Shown here: positions 37,453 through 46,124 of the stretch, one piece after another
Layout of the letters: each line of letters opens with the position of its first letter
Position numbering within the stretch: position 1 is the stretch's first letter
Origin: an uncultured virus (IMG/VR IMGVR_UViG_3300023184_000108)
Lineage: Duplodnaviria > Heunggongvirae > Uroviricota > Caudoviricetes
Virus record (IMG/VR): IMGVR_UViG_3300023184_000108
Length of the DNA stretch: 64,000 nt
Direction: 5' to 3' (one strand)
Position numbers and translations under genes: made by a program
Notes under the pieces: generated by a model
The model's database searches: none
What the model was told of the DNA's origin: nothing
What the model saw: only the letters and a program-made list of their open reading frames with translations

Positions 37453-37481
37453 TCTCACCCGATCGTGAGACACTAATTAGC
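37453..37481. promoter_or_regulatory. Operator-like box, copy 4
   Basis: TCTCAC-CCGATC-GTGAGA-CACTAATTAGC, 2 nt upstream of the -35 element. Confidence 0.65.
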
Positions 37482-37519
37482 AATCTCGCCCACTCGCCCG
37501 CATTGGTGCGCCCGACAAC

Positions 37520-37536
37520 AAATAACTGGTATCAAA
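37520..37536. promoter_or_regulatory. Repeated 17-bp box AAATAACTGGTATCAAA, copy 3
   Basis: Identical to the copy at 36615; 9 nt past a terminator. Confidence 0.6.
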
Positions 37537-37545
37537 ACGCAGGAC

Positions 37546-37572
37546 AAAAAAAGGGAGCCGAAGCTCCCTTTT
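37546..37572 (-). terminator. Intrinsic terminator (possibly bidirectional)
   Basis: GGGAGC-N4-GCTCCC stem with A7 and T4 flanks. Confidence 0.85.
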
Positions 37573-37574
37573 AA

Positions 37575-38039
37575 TCAGTCACAGACTATCTCGTACTTGT
37601 CGACCGTCTGTATCTCTTGCCCTACGACTATCTTACGACATGTCGGGCTGTCTTCTTTAACGTATGCACACACCGTCACGCTCATACTTGTACCATCTGC
37701 AAACGGTACTCTAAAGATGTAATCTCGATTCATTACAGATGCGTATTCTCTGGTACGCTCTATTTCACCGATGAAGTTAAGACCTTCAAGTGTGGTTTCC
37801 AATCGCAGATCTTTAAAGCCTTCAAGGTCGTAGTATGTGACGCTAACGCCGTACCGATTGACGTTAATGTATCCGCCGTTATCGTTTGCAGGAGATACGA
37901 TGTGGTTAAGTATGTGATGATACTTACGACGACTCTCTTGCATCCGACGGATATCGTGTGCGATATCAGCTTTAACGGCTTTGAGGTTTGCGATGCCCTT
38001 GTTGATGTGGGCGACGATGGGGTTAGGCTTCTTTGCCAT
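37575..38039 (-). CDS. Early hypothetical protein
   Basis: SD AAGGAG; C-terminal SPTCRKIVVG..KYEIVCD. Confidence 0.7.
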   Translation of the reverse strand: MAKKPNPIVAHINKGIANLKAVKADIAHDIRRMQESRRKYHHILNHIVSPANDNGGYINVNRYGVSVTYYDLEGFKDLRLETTLEGLNFIGEIERTREYASVMNRDYIFRVPFADGTSMSVTVCAYVKEDSPTCRKIVVGQEIQTVDKYEIVCD

Positions 38040-38127
38040 TTCATTCTCCTTTGGTTAACTGCGATAGTGCAGTGTTTGTAGGTTAGCTGAACGGGCTGAA
38101 TAAGTATAGTTTCCAGCCTACCGCCAA

Positions 38128-38184
38128 CCCCTACACCCCCACCCCCCTAATCCCTAATGAGCCTCCCCTCGCACCCCATACCCC
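38128..38184 (-). other. G-rich tract with G-quadruplex potential
   Basis: The - strand reads GGG-ATTA-GGGGGG-T-GGGGG-TGTA-GGGG, with three more G4 runs nearby. Confidence 0.4.
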
Positions 38185-38363
38185 TGAACTAACACAAACA
38201 ACTCCACATTTTTCAAAATTTTCCCCAAAATAATATGTCAAGTTACCAAGTATTAATTTCTGTCCTGCGTAATTGGCTACCCCACCCCCTTGCGAATTAC
38301 ACATCCCTTAGTGGTATATTTAACTGCAACAACCCCCCGGGTAGGATTCCTTACCTCCCCCAC

Positions 38364-38391
38364 TTGCAAAGATATATTTTTATGATACATT
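38364..38391 (+). promoter_or_regulatory. Putative promoter for packaging/structural arm
   Basis: TTGCAA-N16-TACATT with TG extended -10. Confidence 0.5.
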
Positions 38392-38397
38392 CGGTAC

Positions 38398-38473
38398 GTT
38401 AGCGCATAGCACCTGAGAAACTACTGCTCCTCCAATAGTTAGTTGAACATATCTCAGAACTCCCTGCGCTAAC
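38398..38473 (+). ncRNA. Candidate structured leader / small RNA
   Basis: GTTAGCGCA/TGCGCTAAC, CTGAGA/TCTCAG and AACTA/TAGTT nested stems; loop CTCCTCC. Confidence 0.4.
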
Positions 38474-38513
38474 ACCTCAGCCCTCTGCGAAGAGAACGCT
38501 AAAAACGGAGCCA

Positions 38514-39092
38514 ATGCCCGACATGGAACAGATAATGCCCTATATAGAGGAAAATATCCCTCTGCCCAAGAACGCCTCAGATGCGTTCCCTGATCTGTCT
38601 CCGTCTGAAGAACTCACCATGCGAGCAAACGTGGTGAAGTTGATGTCTGATTTAACAGGCAACCCGCTTACCCCGACACAAGAAAATGCTGACCAAGCAA
38701 GAGAGTTGGCTCGGGAGATGATTACAGATCCGAAACATAGACCTGACTTTTCTAAGTACCCCAACGAAACGCTTGCCATGCTGGCTGGCATGGTGGCTCA
38801 GATGAACGTCTCCATTGTGGAAGAGTTGTCTGATTTAAAGATGTATGTGGTCAATCGGCTGGTGATGGAGATTGAACAAGCCAAAGATCCCAAGACTCGG
38901 GTTGTTGCTTTAGGAAAACTAGGTGAGATTGATGGCGTTGATGCCTTCAAGAAGCGCAGTGAAGTCACGCATAAGATCTTGTCAATTGAGGAAGTTGAAA
39001 AAGAACTTTTAGAAACCTTGACCAAGCTCGAAGACAAAGCGATAGACGTTGAAGCCCGCGAAGTTGTGCGCAACGAACCCAAAAACGAATGA
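38514..39092 (+). CDS. terS: Putative terminase small subunit
   Basis: Directly upstream of and overlapping TerL; helical; ALGKLG..GVDAF motif. Confidence 0.65.
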   Translation: MPDMEQIMPYIEENIPLPKNASDAFPDLSPSEELTMRANVVKLMSDLTGNPLTPTQENADQARELAREMITDPKHRPDFSKYPNETLAMLAGMVAQMNVSIVEELSDLKMYVVNRLVMEIEQAKDPKTRVVALGKLGEIDGVDAFKKRSEVTHKILSIEEVEKELLETLTKLEDKAIDVEAREVVRNEPKNE

Positions 39093-40615
39093 CCGCACTC
39101 CCACAACTTACCCCAGAACAACTATTTACCCTACGGGCGGCTTTGCCGACGATGCCGGATAAGCAAAAGAGGCGAACTCTTGAGCTGCTTAAGACCTACG
39201 ATGCCCAGATAACACAGAATTTAAGCAAGGAATCGTTCCTTGACTTTGTCAAACACGTCTATCCGGGGTACAAAGTAGGCCCACACCACCTGAAACTGGC
39301 CCAGATTTTCGAAGATATTGCTAACGGCAAGAAGAAAAGGGTGATTGTGAACATTGCACCCCGCCACGGTAAGTCAGAATTGATCTCATACCTCGCTCCG
39401 GCGTGGTTTTTAGGCAAACATCCTCATAAAAAAGTCATCATGGCGTCGCATACTGCTGATTTGGCGGTGAATTTTGGCCGTCGAGTGCGAAATTTGGTAG
39501 GGATGGACTCTTATAAGGACGTTTTTCCCCAAGTTGAACTGCAAGCTGACTCTAAATCAGCATCAAGGTGGGGGACAAACTTCAATGGAGAATATTTTGC
39601 TATTGGCGTTGGCGGTGCTCTCGCTGGGCGCGGCGCTGATTTGTTCATTATTGACGATCCGCATAGCGAACAAGATGCCAAAACAGGAAGACCGGATGTA
39701 TTCCTACCTGCTTGGGAGTGGTTTCAGTCTGGCCCTCTTCAGCGACTTATGCCGGGTGGTGCGATCATTGTTGTAATGACTCGGTGGTCAAAGCTGGACT
39801 TAACTGGTCAGATTGTGACCCAGATGAACAGAGAAGAAGGCGTAGATCAATGGGAAGTGGTTGAGTTTCCTGCTATTAAAGATGATGGTGAAGCGCTTTG
39901 GCCTGAGTTCTGGCCCGTCGAAGAGTTGTATGCCAAGAAAGCTGCGCTGGATGTGCGGTACTGGAATGCCCAGTATATGCAGAACCCTGTCTCCGAGGAA
40001 GGCGCTCTTATAAAGAGAGAGTGGTGGAAGATCTGGGAGAGCGAAGCCCCACCTCCGTGCGAGTTCACCATCATGAGTCTAGACGCTGCGCAAGAAGCAT
40101 CAAACCGGGCGGACTACAACGCACTGACAGTATGGGGTGTCTTCTTTAATGAGGAGACGAACAATTACGCGATCATTCTCTTAAACGCAATCAAGAAACG
40201 TCTTGAGTACCCAGAGCTTAAAGCGCTGGTGCTGGAGGAGTATAAGGAGTGGGAGCCAGATGCGTTCATGGTTGAGAAGAAGTCTAACGGATCAGTGCTT
40301 TATCAAGAGATGCGTAGGATGGGCATACCCGTGGGAGAGTTTACTCCGGGCAAAGGGCAGGACAAGATCGCCCGTGTCAACGCCGTTTCAAGCTTGTTCC
40401 AAGGAGGCGTGGTCTATGCGCCGGACAGACGATGGGCAAAGGATGTCATAGAAGAATGCAACGACTTCCCTAGCGGAGCGAACGATGACTTGGTAGACTC
40501 CACAACACTGGCGCTCCTGAGGTTCAGGCAAGGCGGGTTCATCAGGCTGGATACGGATGAGCCAGAAGACACTTTCGTCAAGAAGATGTTCCGCAAAAAA
40601 GCGGCATACTATTAA
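39089..40615 (+). CDS. terL: Terminase large subunit
   Basis: APRHGKS Walker A, IIDDP Walker B, MTRW, C-terminal nuclease DDLVDSTT. Confidence 0.95.
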   Translation: MTALPQLTPEQLFTLRAALPTMPDKQKRRTLELLKTYDAQITQNLSKESFLDFVKHVYPGYKVGPHHLKLAQIFEDIANGKKKRVIVNIAPRHGKSELISYLAPAWFLGKHPHKKVIMASHTADLAVNFGRRVRNLVGMDSYKDVFPQVELQADSKSASRWGTNFNGEYFAIGVGGALAGRGADLFIIDDPHSEQDAKTGRPDVFLPAWEWFQSGPLQRLMPGGAIIVVMTRWSKLDLTGQIVTQMNREEGVDQWEVVEFPAIKDDGEALWPEFWPVEELYAKKAALDVRYWNAQYMQNPVSEEGALIKREWWKIWESEAPPPCEFTIMSLDAAQEASNRADYNALTVWGVFFNEETNNYAIILLNAIKKRLEYPELKALVLEEYKEWEPDAFMVEKKSNGSVLYQEMRRMGIPVGEFTPGKGQDKIARVNAVSSLFQGGVVYAPDRRWAKDVIEECNDFPSGANDDLVDSTTLALLRFRQGGFIRLDTDEPEDTFVKKMFRKKAAYY

Positions 40616-40621
40616 AGGTAA

Positions 40622-43135
40622 ATGATGGCAACAAACATGGACAAAGCCGTCTACACAGACGCACCTCAAGGCATCGAGCAACTCGGTGACGAGCAAGAGC
40701 CGATTGAGATTCAGATTGAAGACCCAGAGGCTGTAAGTATCAGTGGCCCGGGCTTTGAGATTGAAATGGAGAAGACTCAAGATGAGGATGAGTTCAATAA
40801 GAACTTAGCTGAAGAGATGAGTGAGGACGAGTTGGTGCGCCTTGCTGGGGATCTAATTGGCGAGTATGAAGCAGATGTCTCTAGTCGTAAGGACTGGATA
40901 CAGACTTACGTCGACGGCTTAGAACTCTTGGGTATGAAGATCGAAGAGCGTATGGAGCCTTGGCCCGGCGCATGTGGTGTTTACCACCCCATCTTAAGTG
41001 AGTCCGTGGTTAAGTTTCAAGCGGAGACAATGATGTCTACGTTCCCAGCAGCGGGGCCAGTTAAGACACAGATTATCGGCAAAGAAACCCCAGAGAAAAA
41101 GAAAGCTGCTGATCGCGTGCAAGTGGATATGAACTACCAGCTTACGGATGTGATGAAGGAGTTTCGTCCGGAGCATGAGCGTATGTTATGGGGCTTGGGT
41201 CTGGCAGGTAACTCATTTAAGAAAGTGTACTTTGATCCTAGCTTGGATCGTCAAGTGTCTATGTATGTGCCCGCCGAGGACGTAGTTGTGCCTTATGGTG
41301 CTTCAAGTTTAGACTCAGCAGAACGCGTGACCCATGTTATGCGCAAAACATCCAACGAGTTAAAGCGTCTACAGCATGAAGGATTCTACAGAGATATTGA
41401 CTTAGGTGATCCAGTCAATGTGATGGACGAAGTGGAGAAGAAGATTGCTGAGAAGTTGGGCTTCAGAGCATCGGAAGATGACCGCTTCAAACTCTTAGAG
41501 ATGCAGGTTGAGTTGGATTTACCCGGCTACGAGCATATAGATGAGAACGGTGAAGAGACAGGCATTGCACTGCCTTACATCGTGACTATTGAGAAGAGCA
41601 CCAACAATATATTAGCGATTCGTAGAAATTGGAGACCAGAAGATGAGCAGTGTCATAAGCGTACTCACTTTGTTCATTACGGTTATATCCCGGGTTTTGG
41701 ATTCTACTGTTTTGGTCTTATTCATCTTATTGGTGCTTTTGCCAAGTCTGGCACTTCTATTCTGCGTCAGTTGGTTGACGCTGGTACCTTATCAAACTTG
41801 CCGGGCGGTTTCAAGACACGTGGTCTCAGGTCTAAGGGAGATGACACACCGATAAGCCCCGGGGAATTCCGAGATATGGACGTCCCAAGCGGCACCATCC
41901 GCGACAACATCATGCCGCTGCCATATAAAGAACCAAGTCAGGTTCTGGCTGCTCTCCTCCAAACAATTATTGATGAAGGTCGCAAGTTCGCGGGCACTGT
42001 TGACTTGCAAGTTTCTGACATGTCTGCCCAGTCCCCCGTCGGAACAACGCTGGCAATTCTCGAGCGTCAACTCAAAACCATGAGTGCAATTCAGGCTCGT
42101 GTCCATTATTCGATGAAGCAAGAATTTAAGTTGCTCAAGGATATCATACGTGACTACACCCCAGCTGACTACAGCTACGAGCCAGAAGAAGGCGGTCGTC
42201 ACGCTAAACAAAGTGACTACGACTACGTCGAGGTGATTCCTGTCAGTGATCCGAATGCAGCAACGATGGCTCAAAAGGTCATCCAATATCAAGCAGCATT
42301 GCAGTTGGCGCAAACCGCGCCACAACTGTACGACCTACCCCAGCTTCATAGACAGATGTTGGAAGTGATCGGTATTAAGAATTACCAGAAACTTGTACCG
42401 ATGGCGGAGGATATGAAGCCACGTGACCCAATCACTGAGAACATGAATATCCTTTCCAACAAGCCAGTCAAGGCGTTTTTGTACCAAGACCATAAGGCAC
42501 ACATTGCTGTTCACATGGCGGGTATGCAGGATCCTCATGTTCAAGAGTTGGTAGGTCAGAATCCTCAAGCAGCGCAGATGTTGCAAGCAGCGATGTCGGC
42601 ACACATTGGTGAGCATTTGGGTATGGAGTACCGGAAAGAAATTGAGCAGCTTATGGGTATCCCGCTTCCTCCATACAACGAGGAGAAGGATGAAGTTGAG
42701 ATGGCTCCCGAGGTTGAAGTGCAAGTATCTCAGTTGGCAGCGCAAGCAGCGCAGCAGTTATTACAGCAGCACCAACAACAATCTCAACAAGCCAAAGCTC
42801 AGCAGCAAGCTCAAGACCCGCTCATCCAGTTGCAGCAGCAAGAGTTGCAGATTAAGCAAGGCGACTTGCAACGCAAGTCTCAGAAAGACATGGCTGACAT
42901 GCAAGCCAAGATGGCTCAGATTCAAGTTGAACTCAAGCGTATTGAGTCTAATCAAGAGACTGAAGGAGCCAAGATTGCTATGCAGCACCAGAATAACGAA
43001 GCCCAGCGTCGTGCGCAGCATGAACAACAAGGGTTTACGTCTGGTATTGATCTGTTAAAGACTCAACAGCAGCAGTCTCACCAATTGAAGCATCAAGACA
43101 GACAACTGCGTAATAAACCAAATAGGGGCGAATGA
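40622..43135 (+). CDS. Portal protein
   Basis: Follows TerL; EPWPGACGVYHP, FKKVYFD, GFGFY.FGLIH; Gln-rich C-terminal barrel. Confidence 0.85.
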   Translation: MMATNMDKAVYTDAPQGIEQLGDEQEPIEIQIEDPEAVSISGPGFEIEMEKTQDEDEFNKNLAEEMSEDELVRLAGDLIGEYEADVSSRKDWIQTYVDGLELLGMKIEERMEPWPGACGVYHPILSESVVKFQAETMMSTFPAAGPVKTQIIGKETPEKKKAADRVQVDMNYQLTDVMKEFRPEHERMLWGLGLAGNSFKKVYFDPSLDRQVSMYVPAEDVVVPYGASSLDSAERVTHVMRKTSNELKRLQHEGFYRDIDLGDPVNVMDEVEKKIAEKLGFRASEDDRFKLLEMQVELDLPGYEHIDENGEETGIALPYIVTIEKSTNNILAIRRNWRPEDEQCHKRTHFVHYGYIPGFGFYCFGLIHLIGAFAKSGTSILRQLVDAGTLSNLPGGFKTRGLRSKGDDTPISPGEFRDMDVPSGTIRDNIMPLPYKEPSQVLAALLQTIIDEGRKFAGTVDLQVSDMSAQSPVGTTLAILERQLKTMSAIQARVHYSMKQEFKLLKDIIRDYTPADYSYEPEEGGRHAKQSDYDYVEVIPVSDPNAATMAQKVIQYQAALQLAQTAPQLYDLPQLHRQMLEVIGIKNYQKLVPMAEDMKPRDPITENMNILSNKPVKAFLYQDHKAHIAVHMAGMQDPHVQELVGQNPQAAQMLQAAMSAHIGEHLGMEYRKEIEQLMGIPLPPYNEEKDEVEMAPEVEVQVSQLAAQAAQQLLQQHQQQSQQAKAQQQAQDPLIQLQQQELQIKQGDLQRKSQKDMADMQAKMAQIQVELKRIESNQETEGAKIAMQHQNNEAQRRAQHEQQGFTSGIDLLKTQQQQSHQLKHQDRQLRNKPNRGE

Positions 43136-43338
43136 TGTCTTACGAAATTAAAAAATTTACTGAAGTAGCGATCAAACAGATCGACGAGAAAGTTAAACAA
43201 CTTGAAGATGCCTTGGGGGCGCGAGCTGCTAAGTCATACGACGAGTACTGCGGGATGTGTGGGGAAATTACAGGTCTGCTCATCGCTCGTAGATACATCA
43301 CAGACCTGACGAAAAACATGGAGAACTCGGATGAGTGA
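43132..43338 (+). CDS. Conserved small hypothetical protein
   Basis: AKSYDEY..CG.I.GL motif between portal and GroES. Confidence 0.65.
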   Translation: MMSYEIKKFTEVAIKQIDEKVKQLEDALGARAAKSYDEYCGMCGEITGLLIARRYITDLTKNMENSDE

Positions 43339-43744
43339 AACCTTAGATCTTGGCTTGGCGCTGGATTTGTCAGCGATCATGCACAAGAAAGCGGAAGAAA
43401 AAGCAAAGCAATTACCCAAGCCTTCAGGCTACAAAATCTTGTGCGCAGTACCGGAGCAAGACGAAGAAATTGAAGGTAGCGAGATTGGGTTGGTAAAAGC
43501 GGCAGAAACTATTCGATACGACGAGCTGCTCACAACAGTTTTGTTTGTAGTTGAGTTAGGGCCTGACTGCTACGCGGATAAGGCAAAGTTTCCAACTGGG
43601 CCTTGGTGCAAGCAAGGTGATTTTGTGTTGACTCGACCCAATGCAGGTTCACGTTTACTCATCCATGGACGAGAGTTCCGCATCATTAACGACGACTCAG
43701 TCGAAGGTGTTGTAGAAGATCCCCGTGGCGTCAAACGCAAATAA
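43331..43744 (+). CDS. groES: GroES-like co-chaperonin
   Basis: P.GYKIL, VVELGPD.Y, GDFVL, G.EFRIINDD.V.GVV. Confidence 0.8.
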   Translation: MSETLDLGLALDLSAIMHKKAEEKAKQLPKPSGYKILCAVPEQDEEIEGSEIGLVKAAETIRYDELLTTVLFVVELGPDCYADKAKFPTGPWCKQGDFVLTRPNAGSRLLIHGREFRIINDDSVEGVVEDPRGVKRK

Positions 43745-43753
43745 GGAGCGTAC

Positions 43754-44728
43754 ATGTCAAGATTTGGTGGCGAATATAAGTTCCCTGATGAACTTGAAGA
43801 AGAAAAGGCCCAAGAGGTAGATGTTCAGATTGAGGACGATGAAGTCGAAATAAAAATTGTCGATGACACTCCCCAAGAAGACCAATTTGCAACACCTCCT
43901 CTGGATGATGATACTCAGCAAGAGCTTGAGAAAGCCGATGAATCTGAGGAATACAGCAAGAACGTAAAAGTCAAGTTTAAGCAATATAAAAAGGCTTGGC
44001 ATGATGAACGTCGAGCAAAAGAAGCAGCTTTGCGTGAGCAACAAGAAGCGCTCACAGTCGCCGAACGAATTTTAGATGAGAATAAAAAGCTCAAGTCTAT
44101 GATTCAAACTGGTGAAAAAGAATTAATTTCCACGTACCAAAGCTCTGCGGAAATGGAACTTGACAAAGCTGAACGGAATTACAAAGAGGCTTATGACTCT
44201 GGCGATTCTGACAAGCTTTTGGCCGCGCAGAAAGAGTTAGTTCGGGCAGAAATGAAGCTTGATAAAGCAAAAAATTTCAAACCCACTGTACAAAACCAAG
44301 AAAATGATGTACAAACTACCCAAACTAACCAGCCTGCAACTCAGCAGATGGATCCTAAGGTTGCTAACTGGGTCTCGAAAAACCCATGGTTTGTAGACCG
44401 ACACAAGCTGGCAATGCGCAAATTTGCTGAAGGAGTCCATGAAGAACTTGCAGAACGGTACGGACGTGGATATATAGGTACTGACGAATACTACGGCAGT
44501 ATCGACAAAGAAGTCAGACGCAGATTCCCAGAAGAATTTGCTGCTACTACAAACAACGAAGAGGAAGAAAAACCTCAACGTACAAAACCAAGCACAGTTG
44601 TTGCACCGGCTAAGCGTAGTACTGCCCCCAAACAGGTTGTACTGTCGAAGACTCAAGTTGCCTTGGCTAAAAAATTAAAACTAACCAACGAGCAGTACGC
44701 TCGTGAAATGATGAAATTGGAGGCCTAA
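43754..44728 (+). CDS. Putative capsid scaffolding protein
   Basis: Acidic N-terminus, coiled coil, W..NPWF, C-terminal LS..QVALAKKL..EQYA. Confidence 0.7.
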   Translation: MSRFGGEYKFPDELEEEKAQEVDVQIEDDEVEIKIVDDTPQEDQFATPPLDDDTQQELEKADESEEYSKNVKVKFKQYKKAWHDERRAKEAALREQQEALTVAERILDENKKLKSMIQTGEKELISTYQSSAEMELDKAERNYKEAYDSGDSDKLLAAQKELVRAEMKLDKAKNFKPTVQNQENDVQTTQTNQPATQQMDPKVANWVSKNPWFVDRHKLAMRKFAEGVHEELAERYGRGYIGTDEYYGSIDKEVRRRFPEEFAATTNNEEEEKPQRTKPSTVVAPAKRSTAPKQVVLSKTQVALAKKLKLTNEQYAREMMKLEA

Positions 44729-44729
44729 G

Positions 44730-45197
44730 ATGGCAACAGAGATTAAAGCAACGGATAGCAGACTGTCGCGCGAAATGCAGAATAGAGAAACGCAAGTACG
44801 CCCCCGTGTGTGGCAAGCTGCGGAAACTCTTCCCGAACCTGATAAAGAGCCGGGATATGCTTACAGATGGGTTAGGGTTTCTACTTTGAATGAATCTGAC
44901 CAACGCAACATTACCGGCATGTTCCGGGAAGGTTGGGAGCCAGTGGCAGTCGAAGAGCAACCTAAGTTTCGGATGATGATCGATCCCGATAGTCGATTTA
45001 AAAATAATATCGAAATTGGCGGGTTATTGCTTTGCAAAACACCTGTTGAGCTTCAAGAACAGCGCAGTCAACACTTCGCTACAAAAACCAAGGCTCAAGC
45101 AGATGCTGTAGACAATAACCTAATGCGTCAAAGTGATCCAAGGATGCCACTCTTCAAAGAGAACAAGTCCTCAGTGAGCTTTGGCAAAGGTTCTTAA
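44730..45197 (+). CDS. Conserved head-module protein
   Basis: GYAYRWVR..REGWEPV..GGLLLCK motif. Confidence 0.65.
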   Translation: MATEIKATDSRLSREMQNRETQVRPRVWQAAETLPEPDKEPGYAYRWVRVSTLNESDQRNITGMFREGWEPVAVEEQPKFRMMIDPDSRFKNNIEIGGLLLCKTPVELQEQRSQHFATKTKAQADAVDNNLMRQSDPRMPLFKENKSSVSFGKGS

Positions 45198-45215
45198 TTT
45201 TTCAAGGAGTCTAAA

Positions 45216-46112
45216 ATGGCTTTTCCGACGATTAGTGGCCCCTACGGGCTAAAGCCGGTGAACTTGATTGGTGGTCAGGTGTTTGCGGGTTCTACCCGTA
45301 ATATCCCCGTTCAATACGGATACGCTACCAACATTTTCTATGGCGATTTTGTAGCAATCACTCGCGGTTTTGTTACCCGCTTAGCAGTTACTGATGGCGG
45401 CTCTGCTTCCACCGGTGCGGCTGGTTACGGTGCTGTGGGTATTTTCTTGGGCTGTTCTTATACAGACCCAGTAACCAAGCAAAAACGTTTTAGCCAATAC
45501 TGGCCCGCTTCGACTTTAGCTGGAGACGGAGTTGCTATCGTGACTGATGATCCTGATACGGTCTTTAGAGCGGCTGTTGTTACCTCTCAAGGTGGCACAA
45601 CTATTGGCTCAGCATCACCTGCAATGATCGGTCTTAATATGACCGTCTCTAACTTGGCTGGTAGCGTCAATACTGGTAACTCGTCAAACGGCATTTTGGC
45701 ATCTTCTGCTGCTACAACCGCTGCTTTACCTGTCCGTATTGTTGATATGGTTCAAGAGACAGCTATTCCTTTGGGAACAGCAACATGGTCTTCAGGCACA
45801 ACAACTTTGACTTTGTCAGCTACTGGTAACACAGTGCAAGCACTCCCAGTGGGCACTGCGGTTGGTTTCTTAGCAGCAAACGGTCAATACGTTGGTACAG
45901 CAAACTGGGTTTCTACAGCAGCTTCTGCTGGCGCAACATCAGTAGTTGTCAATGCCCAATACGGGGTAGTTAATGCTGGCGGCGCTGCTGCTACGGCTAC
46001 CGTTATTCCAACCGGATCCACGATGGTGTTTACACAGTATCAGGAAGTTCTTTGCAAGATCAACTTCGCTGTCCACTCGTACTACACTGCTCTTGGTACT
46101 CAAACAGCTTAA
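45216..46112 (+). CDS. Putative capsid decoration / minor capsid protein
   Basis: PYGLKPV, IFYGD, GIFLGCSYTDP, V.DDPD; immediately before MCP. Confidence 0.65.
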   Translation: MAFPTISGPYGLKPVNLIGGQVFAGSTRNIPVQYGYATNIFYGDFVAITRGFVTRLAVTDGGSASTGAAGYGAVGIFLGCSYTDPVTKQKRFSQYWPASTLAGDGVAIVTDDPDTVFRAAVVTSQGGTTIGSASPAMIGLNMTVSNLAGSVNTGNSSNGILASSAATTAALPVRIVDMVQETAIPLGTATWSSGTTTLTLSATGNTVQALPVGTAVGFLAANGQYVGTANWVSTAASAGATSVVVNAQYGVVNAGGAAATATVIPTGSTMVFTQYQEVLCKINFAVHSYYTALGTQTA

Positions 46113-46124
46113 GGAGTAACTTAA

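Noticed and set aside
33724..37536. Repeated boxes as a CRISPR or mini-array (Cas4-like nuclease present)
   Set aside because: Copies are irregularly spaced hundreds to thousands of bases apart, with genes between them; no repeat-spacer periodicity and no other cas genes
38398..38473. Possible tRNA (76 nt, closing stem)
   Set aside because: No TTCGA T-loop, D-loop or cloverleaf; it folds as a single nested stem
23221..40615. Introns or inteins in PolA or terminase
   Set aside because: Both have ordinary length and contiguous motifs
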